From positions 27,167-91,166 of the forward strand of contig CAZWKA010000005.1 in assembly GCA_964634875.1 (NCBI GenBank): a DNA stretch of 64,000 bases, in the 5' to 3' direction. Below the pieces are notes generated by a model, which saw only the letters and a list, made by a program, of their open reading frames with translations, was not told the origin of the DNA and searched no databases. The translations under genes and the position numbers were made by a program. The first letter of the stretch is position 1. Every line of letters starts with the position of its first letter. The DNA is from an uncultured Gammaproteobacteria bacterium (lineage in GTDB: Bacteria > Patescibacteriota > Patescibacteriia > Magasanikbacterales > GWA2-37-8). This document shows, in pieces, positions 38,758-47,031 of this stretch.

Positions 38758-39804
38758 ATGGCCGCGTATTTTTTTGTTTCGTGTATCCTTTCGGTTGTTT
38801 TAACATTCATTGTTCGAAAGATTGCTTTGCGCCTGGAAATTGTTGATGTGCCCGATGGCCAGCGGCACTTGCACGCTGTGCAAACTCCTCTCCTCGGTGG
38901 TGTGGCAATTTACACTACGTTTTGGTTAGCAGTGGGATATGCGGCACGTTTCACAACGCTCCTCGAGCCCCATATTACCCAGCGGCAATTATGGGGAATT
39001 TTTTTAGCCACAACGATTATTTTGATTGTTGGTGTTATTGATGAGCGGCAGTCGGTGTCGCCGTGGATTCGTTTGTTGGTAACTGCAGCAGCGGTAGTGG
39101 TGGTAATCGGTAGCGGTATTACTCTCGACGGCGTAACTAATCCTTGGGGTGGTATTTTGAGCATAGATTTTTGGAATATCCAAGTGGGTGCCCGCGAGTT
39201 TAGTATTGCCGGTGGAGTGGTAGTTTTTGCTTGGCTGATGGGCATGATGTATACCACCAAGATTTTGGACGGCCTCGACGGTCTATCTGCCGGTATTACC
39301 GGGGTTGGTTTTTTGATGATTTTTTTGTTGACTAAGACCCAGAAATTTTCCCAGCCTGATGTCGGACTGGTCGCCTTGATTGCTCTGGGTGCAATTGTAG
39401 GGTTTTTAGTTTTTAATTTTCATCCGGCAAAAATTTTTTTAGGGGAGAGTGGAAGCCTGTTGATTGGTTTTCTTCTGGGTGTCTTGGCTATTATTTCTGG
39501 AGGGAAGATAGCGACAGCGCTCTTGGTTATGGCGGTACCCATGCTTGATTTGCTTCGGGTTATCTATGTCCGTCTTAATCAGCGCCAACCCCTTTTTAAG
39601 GGTGACCGAGAACATCTCCATTTTCGTTTGCGTGATGCGGGTTTTAGTGAACGGACGACGGTACTGTTTTTATATTTGGTGGCCTTTTTGTTCGGTTTGA
39701 TCACCTTGACGCTCCAAAGCCGCATTAAGCTCGCCGCCCTTGGCTTGCTTGCTTTTGCCATGATTTTAGTGGGGGTCTGGCTTAATAAGCGTAAAAAAAA
39801 ATAG
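38758..39804 (+). CDS. WecA/TagO-like polyprenyl-phosphate GlcNAc-1-P transferase (MraY family)
   Basis: TPLLGG, LDGLDGL, FNFHPAKIFLGESGS, DREHLH. Confidence 0.92.
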   Translation: MAAYFFVSCILSVVLTFIVRKIALRLEIVDVPDGQRHLHAVQTPLLGGVAIYTTFWLAVGYAARFTTLLEPHITQRQLWGIFLATTIILIVGVIDERQSVSPWIRLLVTAAAVVVVIGSGITLDGVTNPWGGILSIDFWNIQVGAREFSIAGGVVVFAWLMGMMYTTKILDGLDGLSAGITGVGFLMIFLLTKTQKFSQPDVGLVALIALGAIVGFLVFNFHPAKIFLGESGSLLIGFLLGVLAIISGGKIATALLVMAVPMLDLLRVIYVRLNQRQPLFKGDREHLHFRLRDAGFSERTTVLFLYLVAFLFGLITLTLQSRIKLAALGLLAFAMILVGVWLNKRKKK

Positions 39805-39805
39805 T

Positions 39806-40288
39806 ATGTTTGGATTCTCAGAAAAAAAATTCCGCGCTTTTAAACCATGGCACGGTATCTTGGTTGGCGTCATTGCTCTTTTGACTTTAGGGGTATGGCT
39901 GAGATCACTGCACTGGCCCACTGCTTGGATCAGAATTAAGGATCAGGAGTATCGTGTTCTGGTCGCAGATACGCCTAAACACTGGTTTAAGGGTTTGAGT
40001 GACCGTAAGGATCTGACTGGGTATGACGGCATGATCTTTATTTTTCCAGCCCTTGAACAGCACGCCATGGTCATGCGTGATATGCATTTTCCACTCGATA
40101 TTCTCTGGATTCAAGGGGATACGATCGTCGATATGGCGCCCAACCTCGAGCCGGATCTTTCTCAAACTGAAGCTGAACTACGGGTATACCAGGGGCGCTT
40201 GCCTTCAGACAAGGTTTTGGAGCTGCCTGCGGGGTTTATCCAGGAACATGACCTGAGGGTAGGGGATGAAATTGTGGTTGCTCGGTAG
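39806..40288 (+). CDS. DUF192 family protein
   Basis: VADT...GLS, GMIFIF, FPLDILWI, VLELPAG. Confidence 0.9.
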   Translation: MFGFSEKKFRAFKPWHGILVGVIALLTLGVWLRSLHWPTAWIRIKDQEYRVLVADTPKHWFKGLSDRKDLTGYDGMIFIFPALEQHAMVMRDMHFPLDILWIQGDTIVDMAPNLEPDLSQTEAELRVYQGRLPSDKVLELPAGFIQEHDLRVGDEIVVAR

Positions 40289-40291
40289 GAC

Positions 40292-40320
40292 TTGACGGGA
40301 TCGCGGGTTTTATGTATACT
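40292..40320 (+). promoter_or_regulatory. sigma70 promoter of rplU
   Basis: TTGACG, 17 bp, TATACT. Confidence 0.75.
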
Positions 40321-40366
40321 AAGGGCACTTTTACACTTAGCATTGTTATACTTTTAAGCACTCAGT

Positions 40367-40672
40367 ATGCTCGCAGTTATTGCTACCGGTGGAAAACAAT
40401 ATTTGGTTAAGACCGGTGAACTTCTCAAAATTGAAAAATTAGCCCTTAATGAAGGCGATACAGCAACCTTTGAACAGGTTCTTTTGACCGCCGACGATTC
40501 GGGTGAAAATGTCCAAGTTGGCGCACCATACCTTTCTGGTGTCACCGTCAAGGCAAAAGTCTTAAAGCAAGGTAAGAATCGGACTGTACGCGTTGGTAAG
40601 TTTAAGAATAAGACTCGTTACCACAAAGTACATGGCCACCGACAACGCTTTACACAAGTAGAGATCCAATAA
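40367..40672 (+). CDS. rplU: 50S ribosomal protein L21
   Basis: AVIATGGKQY...GHRQRFT. Confidence 0.97.
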   Translation: MLAVIATGGKQYLVKTGELLKIEKLALNEGDTATFEQVLLTADDSGENVQVGAPYLSGVTVKAKVLKQGKNRTVRVGKFKNKTRYHKVHGHRQRFTQVEIQ

Positions 40673-40679
40673 AAATTTT

Positions 40680-40715
40680 AAAAACTCCTCTGACCTGGGT
40701 CAGAGGAGTTTTTTT
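40680..40715. terminator. Bidirectional intrinsic terminator
   Basis: AAAAACTCCTCTGAC-loop-GTCAGAGGAGTTTTT. Confidence 0.88.
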
Positions 40716-40729
40716 ATCGTGAGTTTTTA

Positions 40730-41329
40730 TTACCTTTCAGTTCTCCCTTTAAGCGCATTGCTGAGTGTAATTTCATCTGCGTATTGAAGGTCGCTACCCA
40801 TGGGGAGTCCGCGAGCAAGACGGGTAATGCGGATAGTTGGTTTTAGTTTTTTAATAGCCCGCTCGAGGTACAGGGTGGTTGTTTCACCGGGTAGATTTGG
40901 ATTGAGCGCAAAAATTATTTCTGCAGGAGGTTCGTTTTGAATGCGTTTGAGAAGCTCGGCTATCTTTGTCCTCCCCAAACTCGTATCGTCGCTGGAATCA
41001 AGCAGGCTGCGTAGGATATGATAAACGCCTTTGTATTCGCTGGTATTCTCAATCGCTTGCAAGTCTTGCGGATCCGTAACAACGAGAATTGTTGAGTGGT
41101 CGCGTTTTACATTACTACAAATGCTACAGGGGCTAGTATCGCTAAAATCAAAACATATTTCACAGCTTTTGACGTTTTCGATTAATTCTTTGAGGGCGAG
41201 CATGAGTTCGGTCACATCCTTTTTGCCGGATTTGAGCCAATAAAAAACATACCGTTCGGCAGTGTGCTGGCCGACTGACGGTAATTTTTTAAGTTCGGTA
41301 ATCAGGTTGTTAATGGAAGGGGAGTACAT
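40730..41329 (-). CDS. recR: Recombination protein RecR
   Basis: LPSVG, CEIC...CSIC zinc finger, TOPRIM, RLARGLPMG. Confidence 0.96.
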   Translation of the reverse strand: MYSPSINNLITELKKLPSVGQHTAERYVFYWLKSGKKDVTELMLALKELIENVKSCEICFDFSDTSPCSICSNVKRDHSTILVVTDPQDLQAIENTSEYKGVYHILRSLLDSSDDTSLGRTKIAELLKRIQNEPPAEIIFALNPNLPGETTTLYLERAIKKLKPTIRITRLARGLPMGSDLQYADEITLSNALKGRTER

Positions 41330-41371
41330 GCGTGAAGCAGTGTAAGTGCTTATTTTGCTTAGAACTTCAAA

Positions 41372-41680
41372 TTACTTTCCCATCCCTGGCAAATCAAAGC
41401 CGCCCATTTCTTGCATCTTGGTTGCGATAGTACGTTGCATTTTTTTGAGGGCATCAGCGTGGGCGTCTTTGATGCCGTTCTGAAGTTTTTCTTTTTGGGC
41501 TGGGTTCAAGAGTTCATCGTCGATCGCGAGAGCAGTGATTTCAAGGTTTCCATTGAGTGAGAGGACTACCTTGTCGCCTGCGGCGCTGGTGGTAATGCTT
41601 TCACCACCCAATGCTTCCTGAAGTTTTTTGCCTTGGTCGCGGAGGTCTTTGAATTCTTTGAGCTTGGAGAACATCGACAT
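41372..41680 (-). CDS. Nucleoid-associated protein YbaB/EbfC
   Basis: Size, fold motif and position upstream of recR. Confidence 0.9.
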   Translation of the reverse strand: MSMFSKLKEFKDLRDQGKKLQEALGGESITTSAAGDKVVLSLNGNLEITALAIDDELLNPAQKEKLQNGIKDAHADALKKMQRTIATKMQEMGGFDLPGMGK

Positions 41681-41735
41681 AGTGTATTTAAATTAAGCTT
41701 AAGTTAAAGGATGTTTTTGTTTATTATGTTTTTTT

Positions 41736-41797
41736 CACATAACACGTATCACGTAACACAATCAATATGTTACGTGATACGTGTTATGTGCTATGTG
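41736..41797. repeat. 23-bp perfect inverted repeat built from 7-nt units
   Basis: CACATAACACGTATCACGTAACA-9 nt-TGTTACGTGATACGTGTTATGTG plus an extra CTATGTG unit. Confidence 0.85.
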
Positions 41798-41800
41798 TTT

Positions 41801-43249
41801 TTAAAATTCAGGATCGCCACCATCCTGCTTGCGGAAAGCGGACTTTGGTTTAAGTTCCTGGACCATGTTGGATTGTGGTACAAAATTGGTATCAAGGTTC
41901 CGGAAAGAAGCCATTGCATCGACAAAAACCATTTTTACTATCCCAGTCGGGCCATTGCGGTGTTTCGCGATATGGATTTCAGCCAAATTGCGTTCGTCGG
42001 GCGGAATTTCTTCGGGTCGGTAGTTGCGGTCGGCAGATTTGCGGTAAATAAACATGACGATGTCGGCGTCCTGTTCGATAGACCCGGATTCACGGAGGTG
42101 GGATAGCTTAGGGATAGCGGGTTTGCTTTGTTCGACGGTACGCGAAAGCTGGGAGAGGGCGATAACAGGCACATTCAATTCGCGGGCGATACTCTTGAGG
42201 CCGCGGGTAATTTCTGCGACTTCTTGAACACGGTTTTCAATATTACCTCGTGATTGCATGAGTTGTAAGTAGTCGATGACAATGAGTCCGAGGCCATGTT
42301 CGGCTTGGAGACGGCGCGCCTTGGTTCTGATTTGCATGATGTTAACATCAGCTGAGTCGTCAATGAAAATAGGCGCTTCAGAGAGAGTACCGATGGCGTG
42401 ACCGATGCGCGGAAAGTCGTCGTCTTCTGGCCTGTCGGACAAGCGTCCCGTGCGTAGTTTCCACAGGTCAATATTCGCTTCGGAACAAAGCATTTTATCT
42501 ACCATCTGTTCCTTGCTCATTTCGAGTGAAAATAGGCCGACTGGTACTTTTTGGCGCGTGCCAATATACCGGACGATATCAAGCGCCAGCGAAGATTTTC
42601 CCACACTCGGACGGGCGGCGATAATAATAAGGTCGGATTTTTGAAGGCCAGCCATGAGATTATCAAGTCCGGTAAAACCAGTCGGTACACCGCGTAATTG
42701 TCCTTTGTTTTTATGCAATTCGTCAATACGGTCAAAAGCGTCGGCGAGAACGCCGCGGATAGGAGTAAAGGCTTGTTTAAAATAAATCTGAGAAACACCA
42801 AACAGATGCTGCTGCGCCTGATCAAGGATTTGTTCGATATCTTCTTGATCTTCCTGGAAGGACAGGCGGGTAATCTCTTGTGAAGCCGCCAAGAGTCGCC
42901 GTCTGGTCGCTTTGCGGTGGATAATATGGGCGTAGTGTACGATGTTCGAAGCGGTCGGCACGGCGTTGGTAAGCGCCGCTAAGTAGCTACGCCCCCCGAC
43001 GCGTTCAAGTTCGCCTTTTTCTTCGAGTCGGTTGCTGAGCGTCAAGAGGTCGAGCGGCTCATTTTTATCGTAGAGTTCAAGGATGGATTCAAAAATCCGG
43101 CTGTGCGCATCTTTATAAAAATCCTCCGCCCGTACAATATCAGCAATTTTAAGCATTGCTTCTTTGTCAATCAAAATAGAGCCGAGGAGCGACATTTCAG
43201 CTTCCAGGCTCTGTGGTGGTATGCGGTCAACATTTTCACTCGATGACAT
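41801..43249 (-). CDS. dnaB: Replicative DNA helicase
   Basis: PPQSLEAE, ARPSVGKS, IDYLQL, LRESGSIEQDAD, KHRNGP; no intein. Confidence 0.98.
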   Translation of the reverse strand: MSSSENVDRIPPQSLEAEMSLLGSILIDKEAMLKIADIVRAEDFYKDAHSRIFESILELYDKNEPLDLLTLSNRLEEKGELERVGGRSYLAALTNAVPTASNIVHYAHIIHRKATRRRLLAASQEITRLSFQEDQEDIEQILDQAQQHLFGVSQIYFKQAFTPIRGVLADAFDRIDELHKNKGQLRGVPTGFTGLDNLMAGLQKSDLIIIAARPSVGKSSLALDIVRYIGTRQKVPVGLFSLEMSKEQMVDKMLCSEANIDLWKLRTGRLSDRPEDDDFPRIGHAIGTLSEAPIFIDDSADVNIMQIRTKARRLQAEHGLGLIVIDYLQLMQSRGNIENRVQEVAEITRGLKSIARELNVPVIALSQLSRTVEQSKPAIPKLSHLRESGSIEQDADIVMFIYRKSADRNYRPEEIPPDERNLAEIHIAKHRNGPTGIVKMVFVDAMASFRNLDTNFVPQSNMVQELKPKSAFRKQDGGDPEF

Positions 43250-43376
43250 ATGAACGATAAAAGAAGTGTCCGTATGGTAGCCTACTTAGGGCCTTAGGGG
43301 CAAGGCCGGGGTGGGGAAGGAATGGGGGTAAGTCGGTGGATAGCTAAGCAATAAAGGTGGTATACTCGATTATACT

Positions 43377-45536
43377 ATGCAAAAACTTTATTTTTTACTC
43401 CTTTGCCTCTTGCTTGCGGCGCTCGGTGCCAATAGCATTTGGTGGCAAAGTTGGGCTGTGGGCGCGCTGGGACTTGTTTTTTACTTTTGGTTGACTGCCC
43501 GGCCTGCTGGCAGGTGGTTGCAGCATTTTTTTTGTTATACAGAGAATATCCCGCAGCGTTTTTGGGGGGTGTTTGGAAGTTTTTTATTAGTGAGCAGCTT
43601 GTCCGGAGGATTAGTTGTGACCGGTTTTTTTTCAAGTTCAGCGGTGATCGTTGTTTTAGCTCTTAATGCTTGTTTTTGGCCGTTAGTGTGTCGAATGCTC
43701 CCAATCAAAAAAAATGAAATTGAGTTTTATGCTGCTCAGGAAAAATTTTTTATACATGCAAAATTAAGCTGGGGACTTGGTTTGGCATATGCTGTTTTGG
43801 TGCTGCTAGGGCTGGGACTGCTGCTTAGTTCCCGTTCTTCCGGTGTGATTAGTGCGCCCTGGCAAGTAATTCATCCGATTTTTATCTATGTTTTTGCGGC
43901 AGCAACCTTTATTTTGGGGCTACTTATTTTTTCCCGGCTAGGAAGTCGTTTGCTTTTAGTTTTGTTCATGGTGCATGGGCTCCTCATGCATAGCTACCTG
44001 CCGTTGACGCATACGCTCTTGTATGGCGCAGATAGCTGGCGACACCTCGCGACAGAAGAGCGCTTAGTCAGAGGCGAGGGCACCTTTAAGCCGGAAATTA
44101 GCGACACGGTAAGTGCACCTAACCAAGATATTGATTTAGGGCTCGTTTCGTATAGCCAGTTGTGGGGGATAACAAGTGTTTTAGCTGGTTTAACGGGAGC
44201 GTCGCTTTTGTGGCTCAATCAGTGGCTTGTGCCAATCCTGTGGGCATTGGTACTACCACTTCTCCTCTATGAGTTTGCCTGCACGCTTCGTTGGAGCCGG
44301 GAGCTTACCTTTGGGCTTATTTTCTTAAGTTTTTTGCCGTTTGCCTTAACGAGCGCTGGTTCGTTTACTTTGCCGGTTAGTTTTGGTTTTTTAAGTTGGC
44401 TTTTTTTTATTCTGCTGCTTGTTAAGCGCCTGGTGAAACCTGAGACCGGTCAACGAATTGTGCTCGGATTTTTATGTATTCAGTTATGCGGTGGGTATGC
44501 ACTCTATGCGCTTTTGGCCGTTATCTTTTTTATCGTGGCAGAATTATTTTTGCAGCTTCAGAATAAAGCGCAACGACATTTTAACGGATTTTTTGCGGTA
44601 ATAGTTGGATTGAGTATTGTTGGAATCACTGTGTTCATTCCGCTGTTAGAATATTTTGCCGGCTATAACACGCTTGTGCCAACTACTCTATGGTTTGGCC
44701 AGCTGAAGCAGTTCGTGGGTAATTTTACAGCTGCGTATGTGGCTGCCGGTCCTCGTCCACACGATATTGCCACAGGTAATATTATTTTTAACCAAGTTCC
44801 GTTGGCTAGTTTTGTGACCAACCTTTTTACCTGGACACGCTGGCCGCTGGTTGGGTTTATGCTGGCATGGTGGGGTTTATGTATTCGTGGCTGGTATTAT
44901 TTGTTGCAGCAGCGAGGGGCGGTATCGCATTGGTTCGCTGTGGTGAGTGGTGGAGTGTTCGGTGCTTATGTCCTGGGGCGTTATTTTTTTCAGGGTGAGC
45001 AAGTGCTAACGCGTCGGCTTGAAGTGGTTGTGGCTTTAGCGGCTATTTTTTTAGTGTGCAGCGCAGTTCTTGGTTTGTCGGATCGGTATAAGTTGCGCTA
45101 TAGTAAAAATTGGCTGTTGGTTGTGTTGGGGGTGGTTAGCCTGGCCACGAGTGCTTCGTTCACGCTTGGACCAGATACGCTGACGGTTAGTAATGATCAA
45201 TACCAGGCCATGAAATGGGTACATGAGCGAGTTGGGCAAAATCAGGCGAAGTGTGTGCTTGCCGAGACGTTTCCGCTCCTAGCGCTCGAAGCCCTCAGCC
45301 GTAAGGAAATTATTGGAGGAGGTTTTCCAATCTCGCATGATTTTGAGCAGCCGGAACAGCAAAAGTTGTATACCCGATTAGCCGCCGACCCGCTTGATAA
45401 CGTGGCAGTCGGTGAAGCATTGCAGCTAACGGATGCCGAACACTGTTTCTTGGTTGCGCCGCTGAATGAGGAGGTGGTCGCTGTAGAGCCGGCTGCAAAG
45501 TTTGGCACTGTGGCGGTTTGGGAATACGGTAAATAA
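43377..45536 (+). CDS. Polytopic membrane protein (GT-C-like, tentative)
   Basis: Many TMs; YGADSWRH loop motif. Confidence 0.7.
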   Translation: MQKLYFLLLCLLLAALGANSIWWQSWAVGALGLVFYFWLTARPAGRWLQHFFCYTENIPQRFWGVFGSFLLVSSLSGGLVVTGFFSSSAVIVVLALNACFWPLVCRMLPIKKNEIEFYAAQEKFFIHAKLSWGLGLAYAVLVLLGLGLLLSSRSSGVISAPWQVIHPIFIYVFAAATFILGLLIFSRLGSRLLLVLFMVHGLLMHSYLPLTHTLLYGADSWRHLATEERLVRGEGTFKPEISDTVSAPNQDIDLGLVSYSQLWGITSVLAGLTGASLLWLNQWLVPILWALVLPLLLYEFACTLRWSRELTFGLIFLSFLPFALTSAGSFTLPVSFGFLSWLFFILLLVKRLVKPETGQRIVLGFLCIQLCGGYALYALLAVIFFIVAELFLQLQNKAQRHFNGFFAVIVGLSIVGITVFIPLLEYFAGYNTLVPTTLWFGQLKQFVGNFTAAYVAAGPRPHDIATGNIIFNQVPLASFVTNLFTWTRWPLVGFMLAWWGLCIRGWYYLLQQRGAVSHWFAVVSGGVFGAYVLGRYFFQGEQVLTRRLEVVVALAAIFLVCSAVLGLSDRYKLRYSKNWLLVVLGVVSLATSASFTLGPDTLTVSNDQYQAMKWVHERVGQNQAKCVLAETFPLLALEALSRKEIIGGGFPISHDFEQPEQQKLYTRLAADPLDNVAVGEALQLTDAEHCFLVAPLNEEVVAVEPAAKFGTVAVWEYGK

Positions 45537-45557
45537 AATAATTTTTTAATATTTTTT

Positions 45558-45965
45558 ATGGACTGCATTTTTTGTAAAATTATTGCTAAAGAAATTCCAA
45601 GCCACCTAGTTTATGAAGATGATTTTGTGGTTGCGTTTTTAGACAAGTTCCCTTGCGCCAAAGGCCATACGGTCGTCATACCTAAGCAGCATTTTGCTTC
45701 ACTGTGGGAAATGAATAGTGAGGATTCAACCCGTATGGGGGCTGCACTATGGACTGTGGCTGGCAGGGTTCAAACAAAACTCAAGCCCGATGGTATGAAT
45801 ATTGGGCTTAATAATGGTAAGGCTGCTGGGCAAGCTGTACCACATTTGCATTGGCATATACTTCCGCGTTACGAGGGGGATGGAGGGGGAAGTATACATT
45901 CAATAGTTAAGAACCCGGGTGAAACAGAGGTGAAGGAGTTGGCAAAACTTTTTAGTACACCCTAA
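45558..45965 (+). CDS. HIT family nucleotide hydrolase
   Basis: CIFCKI, AGQAVPHLHWHI. Confidence 0.95.
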   Translation: MDCIFCKIIAKEIPSHLVYEDDFVVAFLDKFPCAKGHTVVIPKQHFASLWEMNSEDSTRMGAALWTVAGRVQTKLKPDGMNIGLNNGKAAGQAVPHLHWHILPRYEGDGGGSIHSIVKNPGETEVKELAKLFSTP

Positions 45966-45970
45966 GATTT

Positions 45971-46147
45971 ATGGACGACTCAACTCGAAAAGTGCTGCTC
46001 AGATTTTCATAAGAAAAGTCTGCTGGAAAAGTTGAAATGGTATTTGCAACTCCAGCTGAGTTTGACGCAATGGTGCGGTGCGGTGAAATTTGGGATGGTC
46101 AGACATTGGCTGCTTGGGCGCTGTGTCGTCATTATTGTATGAATTAA
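45971..46147 (+). pseudogene. NUDIX hydrolase C-terminal remnant
   Basis: MDDSTRKVLLRFS*EKSAGKVEMVFATPAEFDAMVRCGEIWDGQTLAAWALCRHYCMN*; GEIxDxxT tail; Nudix box missing. Confidence 0.5.
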
Positions 46148-46151
46148 TTTT

Positions 46152-46739
46152 GTGAAAAATATATTTAAAAGTAAAAAGTCAATTTGGGCACTGATTAATG
46201 CAATTGTTTTTATTATTTTGTCTGTTATTTTGTATCTGCGGCAAGGTAGCTTCGAATCGCCTTTGTCGAGTTCACGCTTGGATGTTGTCCAGGACGACAG
46301 CGAGACGCCCGGGCAAAGCGTACAAACGATTGAGACGACTACTACGAGTGTGGCTGTTGTGGTGCGGGTAATTGATGGGGACACTGTCGAACTATCAACG
46401 GGCGCACGCGTCCGGTATATCGGCATTAATACTCCCGAGACTGTTGATCCACGCAAATCGGTTGAATGTTTTGGCAAAGAGTCGTCGGCCTACAACAAGC
46501 AGTTGGTGCTGGGTCAAGAGGTTCGTCTTGAAAAAGATGTTTCCGATACTGACCGTTACCATCGACTGCTCCGGTATGTCTATTTGGAAGACGGGACTTT
46601 TTTGAATTTGAAACTTATTGAAGACGGCTATGCGGATGCGGCTACGTATCCACCAGATACCAAATACAGCGAGCAATTTGTTACAGCTGCCAAGGTCGCG
46701 CGTGAAACCGGCAAAGGGCTCTGGGGGAAATGTAAATAA
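46152..46739 (+). CDS. Membrane-anchored thermonuclease (SNase-like)
   Basis: VIDGDT, VRYIGINTPE, DRYHRLLRYVY, GLW. Confidence 0.93.
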   Translation: MKNIFKSKKSIWALINAIVFIILSVILYLRQGSFESPLSSSRLDVVQDDSETPGQSVQTIETTTTSVAVVVRVIDGDTVELSTGARVRYIGINTPETVDPRKSVECFGKESSAYNKQLVLGQEVRLEKDVSDTDRYHRLLRYVYLEDGTFLNLKLIEDGYADAATYPPDTKYSEQFVTAAKVARETGKGLWGKCK

Positions 46740-47031
46740 TGTCCAAATATTCACAGTGAAGACTTTTATTCGCTCGACAAGACGAAACAGCCCCCGATGA
46801 AGCTCAGGGTTGAAAAAATCGCCAAGAATGAAGAAGAATATGAAAGTGATGTAGATGACATTAAAAGCGGATTTGGTTTTCGCCCTTTACTATTTAGGGT
46901 ACATAAAAGACTCTCCCAAGGTTTGAGCACGTTCGAATGACATTTCCTGAGCGTTTTCCAGATGAAGCCCTAGAATAAGGCAGCGGTTTACCTTGTTAAT
47001 TTTGGCTAATAGCTGTATACTAGGGGTAAAT

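Noticed and set aside
46740-46950. Possible small ORF or pseudogene after the thermonuclease
   Set aside because: Short frames with stops and no recognisable motif.
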